A stretch of DNA of 64,000 nt from Camelus dromedarius. Lineage: Eukaryota. Shown here one piece after another: positions 52,700-64,000 of this stretch. Under the pieces are notes generated by a model. It saw only the letters and a program-made list of their open reading frames with translations. It did no database searches and had not been told where the DNA came from. The stretch is taken from positions 20,276,001 through 20,340,000 of the forward strand of contig NC_087436.1 in NCBI RefSeq assembly GCF_036321535.1, written 5' to 3'. The position numbers and the translations under genes were made by a program. How positions within the stretch are numbered: the stretch's first letter is position 1; each line of letters begins with the position of its first letter.

Positions 52700-53832
52700 T
52701 CTTTTTTAAAATTTCTTTTTTTAAATTATTTTATTGAGGTGTAATTGACATACAACATGACGTTAGATTCAGATGCACAACATGATTTGATATTTGTATA
52801 TATTGCAAAATGATCACCACACTAAGTCTAATTAACAACAGTCATCACATAGGTAGAGAATTTTTTTTCTTGTGATGAGAACTTTTAAGATCTATTCTCC
52901 TGGCAACTTTTAAATACCGCAAGACAGTATTATTAACTCTAGTCCCCGTGCTAAACATTACATCCCTATGACTTGTTTATTTTAAAACTGAAAGTTTGTA
53001 CCTTTTGACTCCTTTCACCCATTTCACTCACCCCCTACCCCACCGCTGGAAACCACCAGTCTATTCTCTATATCTATGGACTTGGTTTTTTTGCTGTTGT
53101 TGTTTTTACATTCCTCATATAAGTGAGATCATACGGTATTTGTCTTTCTCTGTCTGACTTATATCACTCAGCATAACACCCTCCAGGTTTAGCTATGTTA
53201 TCACAAATGGCAAGGTTTCATTCTTTTATAGTTGAATAATGCTCCATTGTCTGTATTTATGTATACTCCACTTTCCTTATGCACTCATCTGTCGATGGAC
53301 ACTCAAGGTTGTTTCCATGTTTGGCTACTGTAAGTAATGCTGCACTGAACATGGGGGTGCATGTATCTTTTCGAGTTAGTGTTTCCATTTTCTTTGGCTA
53401 AATACCCAGAAGTGGAATTGATGGATCATGTGGTAGGTCTATGTTTAATATTTTGACGAACCTTCGTACTGTTTTCCATAGTGGCTGCACCAATTTACAT
53501 TCCCCCCAGCAGGGCACAAGGGTTCCCTTTTTTCTACATCTCTGTCAGTGTTTGTTATCTCTTTTCATTTGGGTAATAGCCATTCTAACAGGTGTGAGGT
53601 GATACTCACTTCGGTTTTGATTTGCATTTCCCTGATGATTAGTGATGCTGAGCATCTTTTCACGTACCTGCTGGCCATCGATATGTCTGTGGAAAAATGT
53701 CTGTTCAGATCATCTGCCCATTTTTTAATCAGATTGTTTGTCTGTTTTGCTATTGAGTTGCATGAGTTCTTTATATATTTCAGATATTATTAGATACATG
53801 ATTTGCAAATATTTCCTCTCATTCAGGAGGTT
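52700..53832 (-). mobile_element. L1 3' end (L1MA9/artiodactyl-like)
   Basis: tttattgaggtgtaattgacatacaac, ataagtgagatcatacggtatttgtc, aaatacccagaagtggaattg, gatttgcatttccctgatgattagtgatg. Confidence 0.92.
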
Positions 53833-54244
53833 GTCAATGAAGTCTTTAGTTGGGCACCCAGCATTGTCTACTCACTTTTTCTCGTGCTCTCTTGAGCTAC
53901 CCAAGCCTTCTTTTCAGGGCCTAAGTGTCATCTCAGGAAGGAATTTTGGTGCCTGGAGCAATACTTGGCCAATCATAAAGCCTCCTATATTTTAAATTCC
54001 ATTACATTCTTTCCCATATTGAACTTCACTCTGTATCTACCACTTCCCATGGCACACTGTGTGCAGAGAGTACTGAAAACCAGTCCCCAACTCCATCACT
54101 TTCTTTCTCATGACTTCTTTCCAGGTTTCAAAGCCCCCATGTGCAAAACTGCAATAATAATATCCCAGGTGGCCCAAAATCCTAGAAGGCATGGTACAGA
54201 CATATTTCATAAATTTGGGCAGGTTAGGGCATGCCACTGGATCC

Positions 54245-54497
54245 AGAGCCATGTGTGACTTTTGTGGGCTCTCAGCACCTTGGCCTTCAGGTACCTTCTT
54301 AAAAAGATTTTTAAAAGATATATTCAATGATAGTATTGGTATATTGATAAATATATTAATATTATAAATTGAAACATTTTCCTTGACTTAAGAGTTTATT
54401 CTCCTTCTGATGTTAAAGGAATTAAGACATCTTTATGGGCCCCTAAAACTACTGTGGGCAGTCAGCATCGTGCCTGCTAGATTAGTCAGTCCAGCCC
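54245..54497. mobile_element. Probable hAT-Tip100 DNA transposon relic
   Basis: GC-rich ends (gtgggctctcagcac ... gggcccct...gtgcctgctagattagtcagtccagcc) around an AT-rich core. Confidence 0.35.
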
Positions 54498-54714
54498 ACA
54501 TCACAGAATCTCTACTGGTGTATCAGACTTCGCTCTCACTTCCCCATCCTGGACAGTTTTTGTTGTTCCCTTCTCTGGTCTCCTCCTCCTTTCTTGCTGA
54601 GTTTTTCAGTGGCTAGAGGCTGCCTCTTGTCCTTTTCTCCAGGCTTTCTTAGGTTCTCCAGCTCTGGTAAATCAAGGCTCACTAGCCAACAGACACCAAG
54701 TTCCAAGAATTAAA

Positions 54715-54870
54715 TCGATCAGCAACAGGATCTACTGCACAGCACAGGGCATTATAGCCATTGTTGTAATAACTTTTAATAGAGTAGAATCTACAAAAAT
54801 ACTGAATCACTATGCTATACACCTGGAATTAATATAATATTGTAAATCAACTCTACATCAATTAAAAAAT
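54715..54870 (+). mobile_element. L1 3'-end fragment
   Basis: ctactgcacagcacagggca, gaatcactatgctatacacctg, tgtaaatcaact. Confidence 0.75.
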
Positions 54871-56149
54871 ATTTTTTTTAATTTTTTTTAAGTATCAAAA
54901 ACTATTCTAGGAGAGTGGAGGATGTGTTCAGTCCAGGCTACTATTCTCTACTGTCTCTGGAGATTCTTCTAAGTGGACCAGAATCACTTCTAAGTAGACA
55001 GGTAGCTATGCAGAGAGATTTCTGGATTCATGGGTACCAAATTTTAAGAACGATTTTTATGAGACTGTGGGCTTTGGGTGATTTTTCTCTTTCCTGTTGG
55101 TAATTTCTATATTTCTTGCATGTTTTAAATGACCATGATTTTTAATAGAAAGGATACAAATACTAAAACTTAATTTTAATAAGTATCAGCTACTAGATTT
55201 TTTCAGAATAAGTGTGGACCCAGATCCTATTTACCCATTCCAGAACAGGTCCTTGGTCTCAAAAGCAAAGCTCGCTAAATCCACACACTTAGATAGTCCT
55301 TTCCCAGGCTAACTCTTGGCTTGGCCGTGTAACTTACCTTGGCCGGTGGAATAATAGTAAATATGCTGCAAGCAGAGGTTTAAGTGCTTGAAACTATGTT
55401 TTGGGTTGGAGATTAAAGCACATCTTCTAGAAGATATTCATGTTTCTCTTAGTCAATACAATCGCCAGAGAAAGACAGAAAGAGAGATGTTGTTTGCATT
55501 TTTTTTTAACACATTTTTCGTTTGCTATCACCTGAAAGTGTAAAAGAACTTCTCCACATGCCTCAGGAATTAAAACAGGAGGAGTTAAAATGTTATGAAA
55601 CAATAAATTGAGTTATTTTTCTCAGTGGGTGGCCTTTCAAATCCACACACAGAGGAGCTGTGATCTAGCCAACCATATGGTCCTCATTTTCTGTATCTAT
55701 TTCTATTTATGTTAACTCAAGAATTCTGCCACTGTCAGGCGGCTGCCTAACCTTTTGCCCCTTGTTTCTCTCTTGTCTTAAACAGAGGGCTCAGGCTGAA
55801 ACCTTTCTTGGGTGCTGTTTCCCTCAGTTTTCCTCCCGTGGGAAAAAGAGCTCAGGGCTAAATTGCTTAGTAAGAAACTACATTCGCCTAATTATTTTCC
55901 TTGCGGGTGTTTCCCTCTGTCTGCATTGTCTAAATCCTTTTCCTTTTGTATTTCATTATTCCAGGCCTTCATCTTAAGATCTCTTTTTTCCACTAAGAGA
56001 GAGCAAGGGATCCTAAATGATTTTAGCACATGAGGAATCAGACTCACTAAATAATCCAGCAACAGCTGAGTGCCCACCATGGGCCTCACATCCCGCTGGA
56101 CGTTGCAGGAAGTTGTAAGTGGTTCCTGACGAACCCAGAAGTCTGCTGG

Positions 56150-56478
56150 CTGGGCGTCCTCAAGCTCTCCAGTGTTGGAGTGGGTGGGGACTATGGGGAA
56201 TTGGGGAGCGCAAATCCGGGTGGGAAGGGCAGCTGTTACTCAACCCCAGCCAACTGTTGCCCTGTGGAAATGAAGGCCCAGGCTTGCCCGGTCAGCTTAT
56301 TTTTACCCGCAAAGCTAGAAATCAAGATTTTTGCGTGAAATCTCTCCATTTAAAAAGTTGTCGGCTAATTCAAATTAAAAATAAAAAACCACTGTGTGGG
56401 CCGACAAATCTGCCAGCCAAGTCAAATAAGCCTGCGAGGCCCGATCTGGGCTGCGGCCTGCTGGTGCGCACCTTTTGC
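56150..56478. mobile_element. MER102-like hAT-Charlie DNA transposon relic
   Basis: aactgttgccctgtggaaatgaaggcccag...gatttttgcgtgaaatctc...ggcccgatctgggctgcggcctgc. Confidence 0.6.
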
Positions 56479-56861
56479 TTTACATGAGACACTCCCTCCG
56501 CATTTAAAAATGCTCACCCCTCAGAGTGACCTGGTGACATTCGTAATGGTCTAGTATACCTTCTGGAGAACAACCTTGAACAAGGCTGTTGGCATGCAAA
56601 TTCTAAACAACGAAACCTGCCAGTCCAGTCATCCAACACCCCAGGGAAAAGTAACTTTTTGACAGAGTTTTTCACTTCTAAATAATTGTTTTCATGTTAT
56701 GTAGATTCCGTCTAAATTGTGTATTAGTCTTAACATCACAGTTTCTGAGATCACGTGTGTATCAGCATTCCCCACCCCCAGCCACACACATACGAAATGC
56801 TATTCCATGACAAAAATGACCCCTTCTGAGGATTATTTTGGGTTCCTGCAGGATTATTATT

Positions 56862-57965
56862 GCTGGAAATAACAAGTGGTTGGCAAGGCTGTGGAGAAAT
56901 CGGAATCTTCGTGCACTGTTGGTGGGAATGTAAAATGATGCAGCCACTATGTAAACAGTATGATGGTTCATCAAAAAGTTAAAAATAGAACTATCATACG
57001 GTCCAGCAATTCTCTGAATATATATATCCAGAAGAATTGAAAGCAGGGTCTCAAAGAGATATTTGTCCACCTATGTTCGTAGCAGCTTTATTCACTGTAG
57101 CCAAAAGATGGAAGCAACCAAAGTGTCCATCGACTGATAAATGGATAAACAAAATGCATACACACAATGGAATATTATTATTCAGCTTTAAAAAGGAAGG
57201 AAACTCTGGCACGTGCTACAACACAGGTGAACCTTGAGGACATAATGCAAAGTGAAATCAGCCAGTCTCAAAAAGACAAATACTGTATGATTCCACCCAT
57301 ATAAGGTATCTAGGGTAGTCAAATAGATAGTAACAGAAAGTAGAATGGTGGTTGCCAAGGGCTGGGAGGAGGCAGAAAGAGGGATTTGTTGTTTAATGGG
57401 TTTATAAATCAGGGTTCTCCAGAGAAACAGAATCAATATGATGTTTATACACATAGAGAGAGATTTATTTGAAGGAATTGACTCATGAAAATATGGAGGC
57501 TGGCAAGTCCAAAATCTGTCGGGTAGGCCATCTGGCTGGAGACCCAGGGAGAAGCTGATGTTGCTGTTTAAATCTGAAGGCTGTCTGGTGACAGATTTCC
57601 CTCCTGCTTGGGGGAAGTCAATTTTTCGTTTTATTCAGGTCTTCAACTGATTGGGTGAGGCCCACCCATTATAGAAAGCAATCTTCTTTACTCAGAGTCT
57701 ACCAATTGAAATGTAAATCTCATCCAAAAGCACCCTCAAAGAAACAATCTAGAAAAATGTTCAACCAAATATCCAGGCACTGTGGCCTGGCCAAATTAAC
57801 ACATATAATTAACCTTCATAATGTGTATGGAGTTTCAGTTTTATAGAATGAAAGGTTCTGAGATTGGTTGCATATCAATGTGAACATACTTAACATTACC
57901 GCACTTTATACTTTAAGATGGTTAAGATGGTAAATTTTATGTCCTGTGTATTTTACCGCAGTTGA
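56862..57965 (+). mobile_element. L1MB-like 3' end interrupted by an MLT2 LTR
   Basis: aaagcagggtctcaaagagatatttg, tggaagcaaccaaagtgtccatc, gagtttcagtttt...ttaagatggtaaattttatg. Confidence 0.88.
57402..57820 (-). mobile_element. MLT2-type ERVL solo LTR
   Basis: tcagggttctccagagaaacagaa ... ggaggctggcaagtcc ... aattaacacatataattaacc. Confidence 0.85.
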
Positions 57966-57983
57966 AAACCACAGTTTACTAAA

Positions 57984-58703
57984 TCTTTCACTCGGGTCTG
58001 TGTACCAGTGGGATGGGCAAGGGTCTAGGTCCTCGTTACTGCCAAGAAGCTCTGCTGCCACCATCAGGACCAGAGGTGGCATGATAACGAGTACAAGAGA
58101 GCCCATTTGGGCACAGCCCTGAAGGCTAGCCCCTCTGGAGCTACTTCACAGGCAAAGGGAATTTTGCTAGAAAAAGTGAAGGTTGAAGCCAGACAGTTGA
58201 AGTCTGCTATCAGGAAGGTTTTCAGGGATCATCTGATCAAGAAGAGCAAGAAACTCACAGCTTTCATACCCAATGATGGCTGCTCGCACTTTATTGCAGA
58301 AAACGGTGATGTTCTTGTTGCTGGATTTGTTGTTGTTACTGTTGTTTTTATTGAAGTATAATCGATTGACAATGCTGTTAGTCTCTGGTGTACAGCACGG
58401 TGATTCAGTTATACACACACACACACATTTATATTCTCTTTAATATTCCTTTTCCATTATAGGTTATTATAAGATATTGAATATAGTTCCCTGTGCTATA
58501 CAGTAGAAAGTTGTTGTTTCTCTGGTTGCTAGATTTGGTTACAAATGTCATGCTGGTGGTGACATTCCTGAGACCCACTTTAAAGTTGTCAAAGTAGCCA
58601 GGGTGTCTCTCTTGGCCTTATGCAAAGGCAAGAAGAAAAGACCGAGATCCTAAGTTTTGATGATGCCAACGTGGTAGTAATAAACTTTCATGTACCAAAA
58701 AAA
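57984..58703 (+). pseudogene. RPS23: Processed pseudogene of 40S ribosomal protein S23 (uS12)
   Basis: ATG at 58013 (MGK..); +1 frameshift near 58037; [54 protein letters not shown], then after an insertion [38 protein letters not shown] (58651-58653); intronless; AATAAA 58679-58684; A remnant 58697-58703; pyrimidine-rich 5'UTR remnant. Confidence 0.96.
58330..58520 (-). mobile_element. L1 3'-end fragment inserted in the RPS23 pseudogene
   Basis: tttttattgaagtataat...gatattgaatatagttccctgtgctatacagtag; 17-bp TSD tcttgttgctggatttg / tctggttgctagatttg. Confidence 0.9.
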
Positions 58704-59698
58704 CCATGTTAGATAAATTTCCTTTCACTAAATACCAAAAGAAATATTTTTATAAGGGACCTTAGGGTACAGACTGGACTATATTTTAACATCAGGATCT
58801 TGTTTAAAAAAAAAAGTTCTTCATACAGCACACTGCTACAAAAGTTGAGAGAGTAAATTATTGCATCTCAATAAAGCTATTTCTGTGGGGAGCTGAGATT
58901 ACACAATCCAGGTATATTGCTTCCTGGGGATATAATTTTCCTGAAATACAGAGCATAGGGAGTAAAAGAAACAGTGGCTAATACAGTCCTGTGATTGTTA
59001 CTCTCAAAAAACAAAACTTTTCAACGGAACTGTTGGTAATAGCTAAATAGCAGCCAATTCATGGCTGGTCATGTGATAAATGGCTACAATTTTAGTATTT
59101 TGGTGAAAATTGCTACGTCCACAAGGAGGTAGAGTTTGATCATAGGATCACCAAATCCATGCAGCCAATGCATTTCGAGTCGATTTTTCTGAGCATAAGC
59201 TCAGACCTGGGGATTCTTTACAAGGTAAGTGAGGGGCCATTAATTGACTATTAACTTAGAAACTCAGATCATTCATTCAAGTTTCTATAACGCTAGAGAA
59301 AGTTTTTCAAGTACAAGTATCTAAAACTCAAACTTAACTGATGTGACAAGAAGCACCCCTTCTTCGGTCCCCCTATACTTTAACCATTGGTTTATCCTAT
59401 GAGCAGCATTATATGAGTAATAATAGCTCTGATCCTAATGCTGAAGGTCAAAATATGAACATGGCAGTGAAATAATACCAATTCTAATGAAAAAGGCAAC
59501 ATAAATTCTAGTGCACTAAACTCCATAGGGAAGAGTAACTTCGTTTCTTGTAATTTTTAAAGTGTTTTTTTGTATTTTGTATTAACAGTTTCTCTAATGG
59601 CTTTTTCTCCCGCATGAAACTAGAGAGTTAAATAAAGAAGGTAATAATTGCTGAGGCAAGAAGTGAGCTTTTCTTCTCCACAAGAAGGTAACCTTTGA

Positions 59699-59806
59699 GA
59701 GGGAGGGTACAGCTCAGTGGTAGAGCAAATGCTTAGCATGCACAATCTCCAGTACCTCCATTTTTTTAAATTAATAAATAAATCTAATTACCTCTCCCCC
59801 CTCAAG
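59699..59806 (+). mobile_element. tRNA-Ala-derived SINE with B-box deletion
   Basis: gggagggtacagctcagtggtagagc...gcatgcac^aatctccagtacctcca; TSD agaaggtaacctttga / agaaggcaaccccttga. Confidence 0.85.
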
Positions 59807-61019
59807 AGAAGGCAACCCCTTGACAAGCCTTCCGGTCTCCAGTAAAAGCTCTAACTCTGAGAAGCTCATTTAGGTCTAAGTGGAGCAAGGACCATGAGGT
59901 GATGACAGAGGTGCTGGCTGAAATGCTGAGCTCAGCCCGCTGCAATTTCAGATTTTTGAGTCTCCCTGTTTTGAAAAGGAATTAATTGTTTTCTTTTATT
60001 TTTACTTCATTAAAAAAAATCCTCAACTATGAACACAAACTTGGCAAACCCATGAATCATAAATACAAAGAAAATCTCTTAAGACCATTTAGGGTATTTC
60101 TCTGCTTCTGAGTAAACTTAGGTCTACCTTTTAAAACGTATCTCTAGGGAAAGTTTTCCCTAAATCCTCTAGACTAGGTCAGGGTCCTCTGTACACCTCC
60201 ATACCATATTGTATTTCTCCTTCAGAGGACTTCTCCCAAAACGACACAAAGAATTACTTGGGCTCTCGGGTTAAGATGGCTGATGAAACTCACACCTTTG
60301 CCTTTCTTCCCTCCCAAAGTCCTGGTGAGAGGATGCAAGTAATACAGCCATCCAAGTAAATCTGTAACAGGCAAAGTAGCTATACACCAGAAGAGTATGG
60401 AACTTGTAGAAGATTTAATCCAGGTAGGGGAAAACTTAGGGAGGCGAGGAACCAGAAATCCTATATATGTGAAAGAAGAGACTTTCAAGGAAATTTTTCC
60501 ACTGGAGAATGGGCCTAAGTCTCGATCAGAAGTAGCTGGGGCTGGTAGGAGACTGAGAGGCAGCTGGCTTGCACTGAGGGGTCTGGGACACCTGCATCAG
60601 CAGCGCGTCACTCACGGAGCTGCTCACTTGGCCTCAGCCCCATGGTAAAGCCACGAATACATTATTAAGTAGCCAAATAAAATTAAGAGTTTGATAAGTA
60701 AGATCCCCACTGTGAGCACTGGGACTAGAGAAGGCAGGCGGTAGCCCTGATAACTGACAGCTCTCTTGAAGGACAAGGAGCCCCTACACGCAGAAGTCAG
60801 TCCTCCTGGTCCTCCCTTCCCCCAGCCCCCATAGCTGACTCCTATAACAGGAATAGAAAATCCACATTCACTGCCAGGAGAGCAAACATCTTCAGACACA
60901 CATCAGCCCATCTAGATCTTTTTTCTGCATAGAAACAATGAAAATCTCCAAACATTGGAACAAAACCAAATTGTTTCATTTTGTTATATCATTTCATTTT
61001 ACTGGGTTAACCTTTGAGA

Positions 61020-61180
61020 AAACAGTTAAAACAGAAAATGGAAAACAATTTTAAAAGCAAATAATCCTTATCCTAAGAGAAATCAAGAGAACGTTGTACC
61101 CATTAAAACAGAACAGGTGGCTGTGAGAATCGATGACTGTTCTTGGAAATTTAAAATGTAATGATGTAAATTTAAAATAT
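61020..61180 (+). mobile_element. HAL1/old L1 ORF1-like fragment
   Basis: aaatcaagagaacgttgtacccattaaaacagaacagg...tcttggaaatttaaaat resembles the HAL1 consensus as remembered. Confidence 0.4.
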
Positions 61181-61189
61181 TTCAACTTT

Positions 61190-61560
61190 TTTGCATATGA
61201 ATATTTTTTGAATATTGTTAGTCATGTTGGACGTCTTTTCATGTTTTTTTTTTTTGGACCATTTACAGCTTCATTTCCATGAACTGCCTGTTCCTATTTT
61301 TTGCCCGTTTTTTCCCCCCTCTTGAGTCATTTACAGTTTTTCTTATTGATTTGTGAGTGCTCTTTGTATAACATGTTGCTTGGTATATATGGGCAGATGA
61401 TTCCTCTCAGGCTGTCACTTGCCTTTTAACTGTCTTTTGGTGTTTTTCAAATTTCAGGAATTGAAACTTTTTATAGAAAATTTGTTCTGTAATTATTTTT
61501 CTAAAAGCTTGTGAGCTTTAATTTCACTTAGAAATGTCTTTTCCAACTCCAATAAAATAA
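61190..61560 (-). mobile_element. Old L1 (L1M) fragment
   Basis: gaactgcctgttcctattttttgccc, cttattgatttgtgagtgctcttt. Confidence 0.6.
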
Positions 61561-62829
61561 TAGAACTTCTTCTGGTATAATTACATATATCAAAACCATC
61601 TAATACCTTTAAACATTTTACAGTTTCCTTATCTGTAAAATGGCAATAATATCTTCCTTACAGTGTTGTCATGAGAATGAGTGAGAAGACGCATGTGAAA
61701 CATCTGGCGTGCACAGACACTCAATAGACTTATTGTGGAAATAAGGAAATTGAAAGCGACAAAATAAAGAAAGCTGGCCAAGATCAAATACACACAAAAA
61801 TATAACCTCCTAAGTCATTGACTCAAAGCAAACTAAATGACTTGTTCTTAGCCTCTGCGTGGACAGGAGAGTACACTTTCCCTCCCCATGACTTCGTTAA
61901 ACAGGCACACAGACACCTTGAAAATAGCGTGCCCATCTGCCTGCGCAGTGAGGAAGATGGTTAAGTGTTCGGAATTTAACATTGCCATTCCCCTTCCTCC
62001 TCTCCTGCTTAATCTGCCTGAGGGTGTCTATGGCTTTATCTCTCCCTCTTCTCACCTTGTCCCTCCCACCGCCTGCCCTTGCTTTGAATCCATCAATCCA
62101 CATTCACGTCCCTAAAACCTGGACATTGATGGATGCGTCCCCAGTGAGGGATCTGAGATGGCCAAGCTCCTCGTGGAGGAAGGCACCCTTTTGACTCTTC
62201 CCTGTCCTCTAATTCCCAAATGTCTCATCTCATTTTCTTTTACATAAATTGCTTGCTTCCACAGCCTTCTTGCCTCTCAGCCTTTCTACCCATCTCCACT
62301 TCCCTCGCCTCCACACAGACTCTGTTCTGCTGCCTTAATGATATTTCTAAAGCAAAATCTGATCATGTCACTTTTTACTTAAAACGCTTTAGTCCTCTGC
62401 CACTCACTAGCCATTTGGCACTAGGAAAATACTTATTTATTGGATCACCTTCCCCATTTGAAGAATAGGCTTAATAATAGTTTGCTATTACTTTTAATAT
62501 ACAATATAAATATGTTAACCTGATCTATAAATCCCTACAGGATGATCTCCACCTTCACCCCTGACCATCTCCTATCTTGTATTTCCTGGTCCAGTCATCC
62601 CAGTCCCCTCCCCATTCCTAGAGCACAACACTCACTCTTATTCTGTAATTTTGCACGCACTGTTCCCTCTGTCTGGAAGAATACATTCCCCCCTGCTCCC
62701 GGGCCCTTCTATCCACCTTCATTGACTGATCCTTGTTTATACCCCAAGGTCCAGTTTCCTCCTGAATTGTTTCTGACACATTCTAAGCTCTGAATGAGTA
62801 TTCACTGAACGAGGAACTACCAATGTATC

Positions 62830-63032
62830 TACTATCTATTAATAATATTATGTGCATTATCTCATTCGATGCTCACAAAATTCCTGTGAGGTCAGTATCA
62901 TTGTTCCCACCGTTGTGGATGCTCCAGCCAAGCCGCGGAAAGGTTGAGTAATACACCTAAGTTTATACAATTATACAGTTATCAGTGGTGGAACTGGTAT
63001 CCAAATCCACGTCTGTCTGACTTCAGAGGCCA
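62830..63032 (-). mobile_element. MIR SINE
   Basis: gcattatctcattcgatgctcacaa...gtgaggtcagtatcatt...gtctgtctgacttcagag. Confidence 0.65.
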
Positions 63033-63554
63033 AGTTTGGAGTGAAATAGAGCATCGGGCAAGGCACGAAGGAGGAAGTCATCGTAAAATCAAATCTTAAA
63101 GCTCTCAAAAATAAAACCTTCGCATGTCAAGTATGCATAGGTTTTCCAAAGCAGCACAAAATCCTGCAAATCTGGCCTTTTCACCGACTGCTAGGAAGGT
63201 GCCAAGGGCCCACACAACAATGAGTTCTTGACCAGCAAGGAGGTGTGGCAACCATTCCAGATGACCCTCCCCCAAGGACCACGTGTCCACAGCGTCTCCC
63301 AGCATGAGAAATCAGGACTTAGCAGGTTCCTTTCAGACTCTTAGATCTCCTTCTTTCTATGCCATAAAATGTAGTTCGCTGTATTTCTTAAAAATGAAAG
63401 TTCTTTTTAACAAGGCTTTTGTATAAGTTTATGAAAAAAATACTATTAGAGTAGAAACAACTTAAATGTAAAGGATCAGCCACTCAAGCATCCATCTCCA
63501 GAACTTGGGGCTGTCTAATTGGCAGTCATAGCACATTAAAAGCCTTTATTTAAA

Positions 63555-63690
63555 GGGGGAGGGTATAGCTCCAGTGGTAGAGTATGTGCGTAGCATGCAT
63601 GAGGTTCTAGGTTCAATCTCCAGTACCTCCACTAAAAAAATAATTAAATAAATAAACCTAGTTACCCCCCTGACAAAAAACATATAAAAA
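63555..63690 (+). mobile_element. tRNA-Ala-derived SINE (vic-1-like)
   Basis: gggggagggtatagctccagtggtagag...ggttcaatctccagtacctcca plus aataaacctagttacc tail. Confidence 0.88.
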
Positions 63691-64000
63691 AGACTACTTC
63701 AGTACACTCTGCACGGTCATAGATCATAGGTACAGAAATAAAAATATGGAACAAGTGTAGGTCTCTATCTTTTCAACAGATACGAATGCCTTTATTCTCT
63801 GCTCATTGTTAAGAAAATATTTTACAAATGTTTGTGGTACTTTTAAGTTTGCTAGGAGTTTTTTTTCAAATGATCTGTTAATGGTATATATCGAATAATT
63901 CTATAAAGGTTTGTCCTCAGAGAACACTGACTTCAAATAGGAAAGAAGATAACTTTCTCTAAAGATGGATGCAGTGATGGATAGAGAGCTAAGGAGATGG

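Noticed and set aside
58107..58361. 84-aa RPS23-like ORF as a functional gene
   Set aside because: Upstream frameshift, many substitutions in an otherwise invariant protein, and an L1 insertion.

Overview
Mammalian nuclear genomic DNA, most likely from a camelid (camel/alpaca/llama lineage), judged from the many tRNA-Ala(AGC)-derived vic-1-type SINEs and artiodactyl-type L1 3' ends. The window is repeat-rich intergenic or intronic sequence. It contains L1, L2, MIR, MaLR/MLT and ERVL LTRs, hAT DNA-transposon relics and microsatellites. No intact protein-coding gene could be recognised. The clearly identifiable gene-derived sequences are a processed RPS23 pseudogene (57984-58703, frameshifted and split by an L1 fragment) and a degraded ERVL (LTR16/ERV3-16A3-like) provirus. 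The most striking structure is that this provirus lies in two complementary, oppositely oriented pieces: 5'LTR, PBS and gag N-terminus on the minus strand at about 18430-19566, and mid-gag, pol and 3'LTR on the plus strand at about 23200-27875. A near-matching target-site duplication links the two, implying an inversion of about 4.7 kb. Other oddities are SINE copies carrying unique 3' read-through tails, an LTR fragment apparently retroposed by L1, a fold-back hairpin at an L1 junction, and a speculative chain of in-frame minus-strand exons. Repeat subfamily names come from remembered consensus sequences, boundaries are approximate, and both need RepeatMasker/Dfam confirmation.
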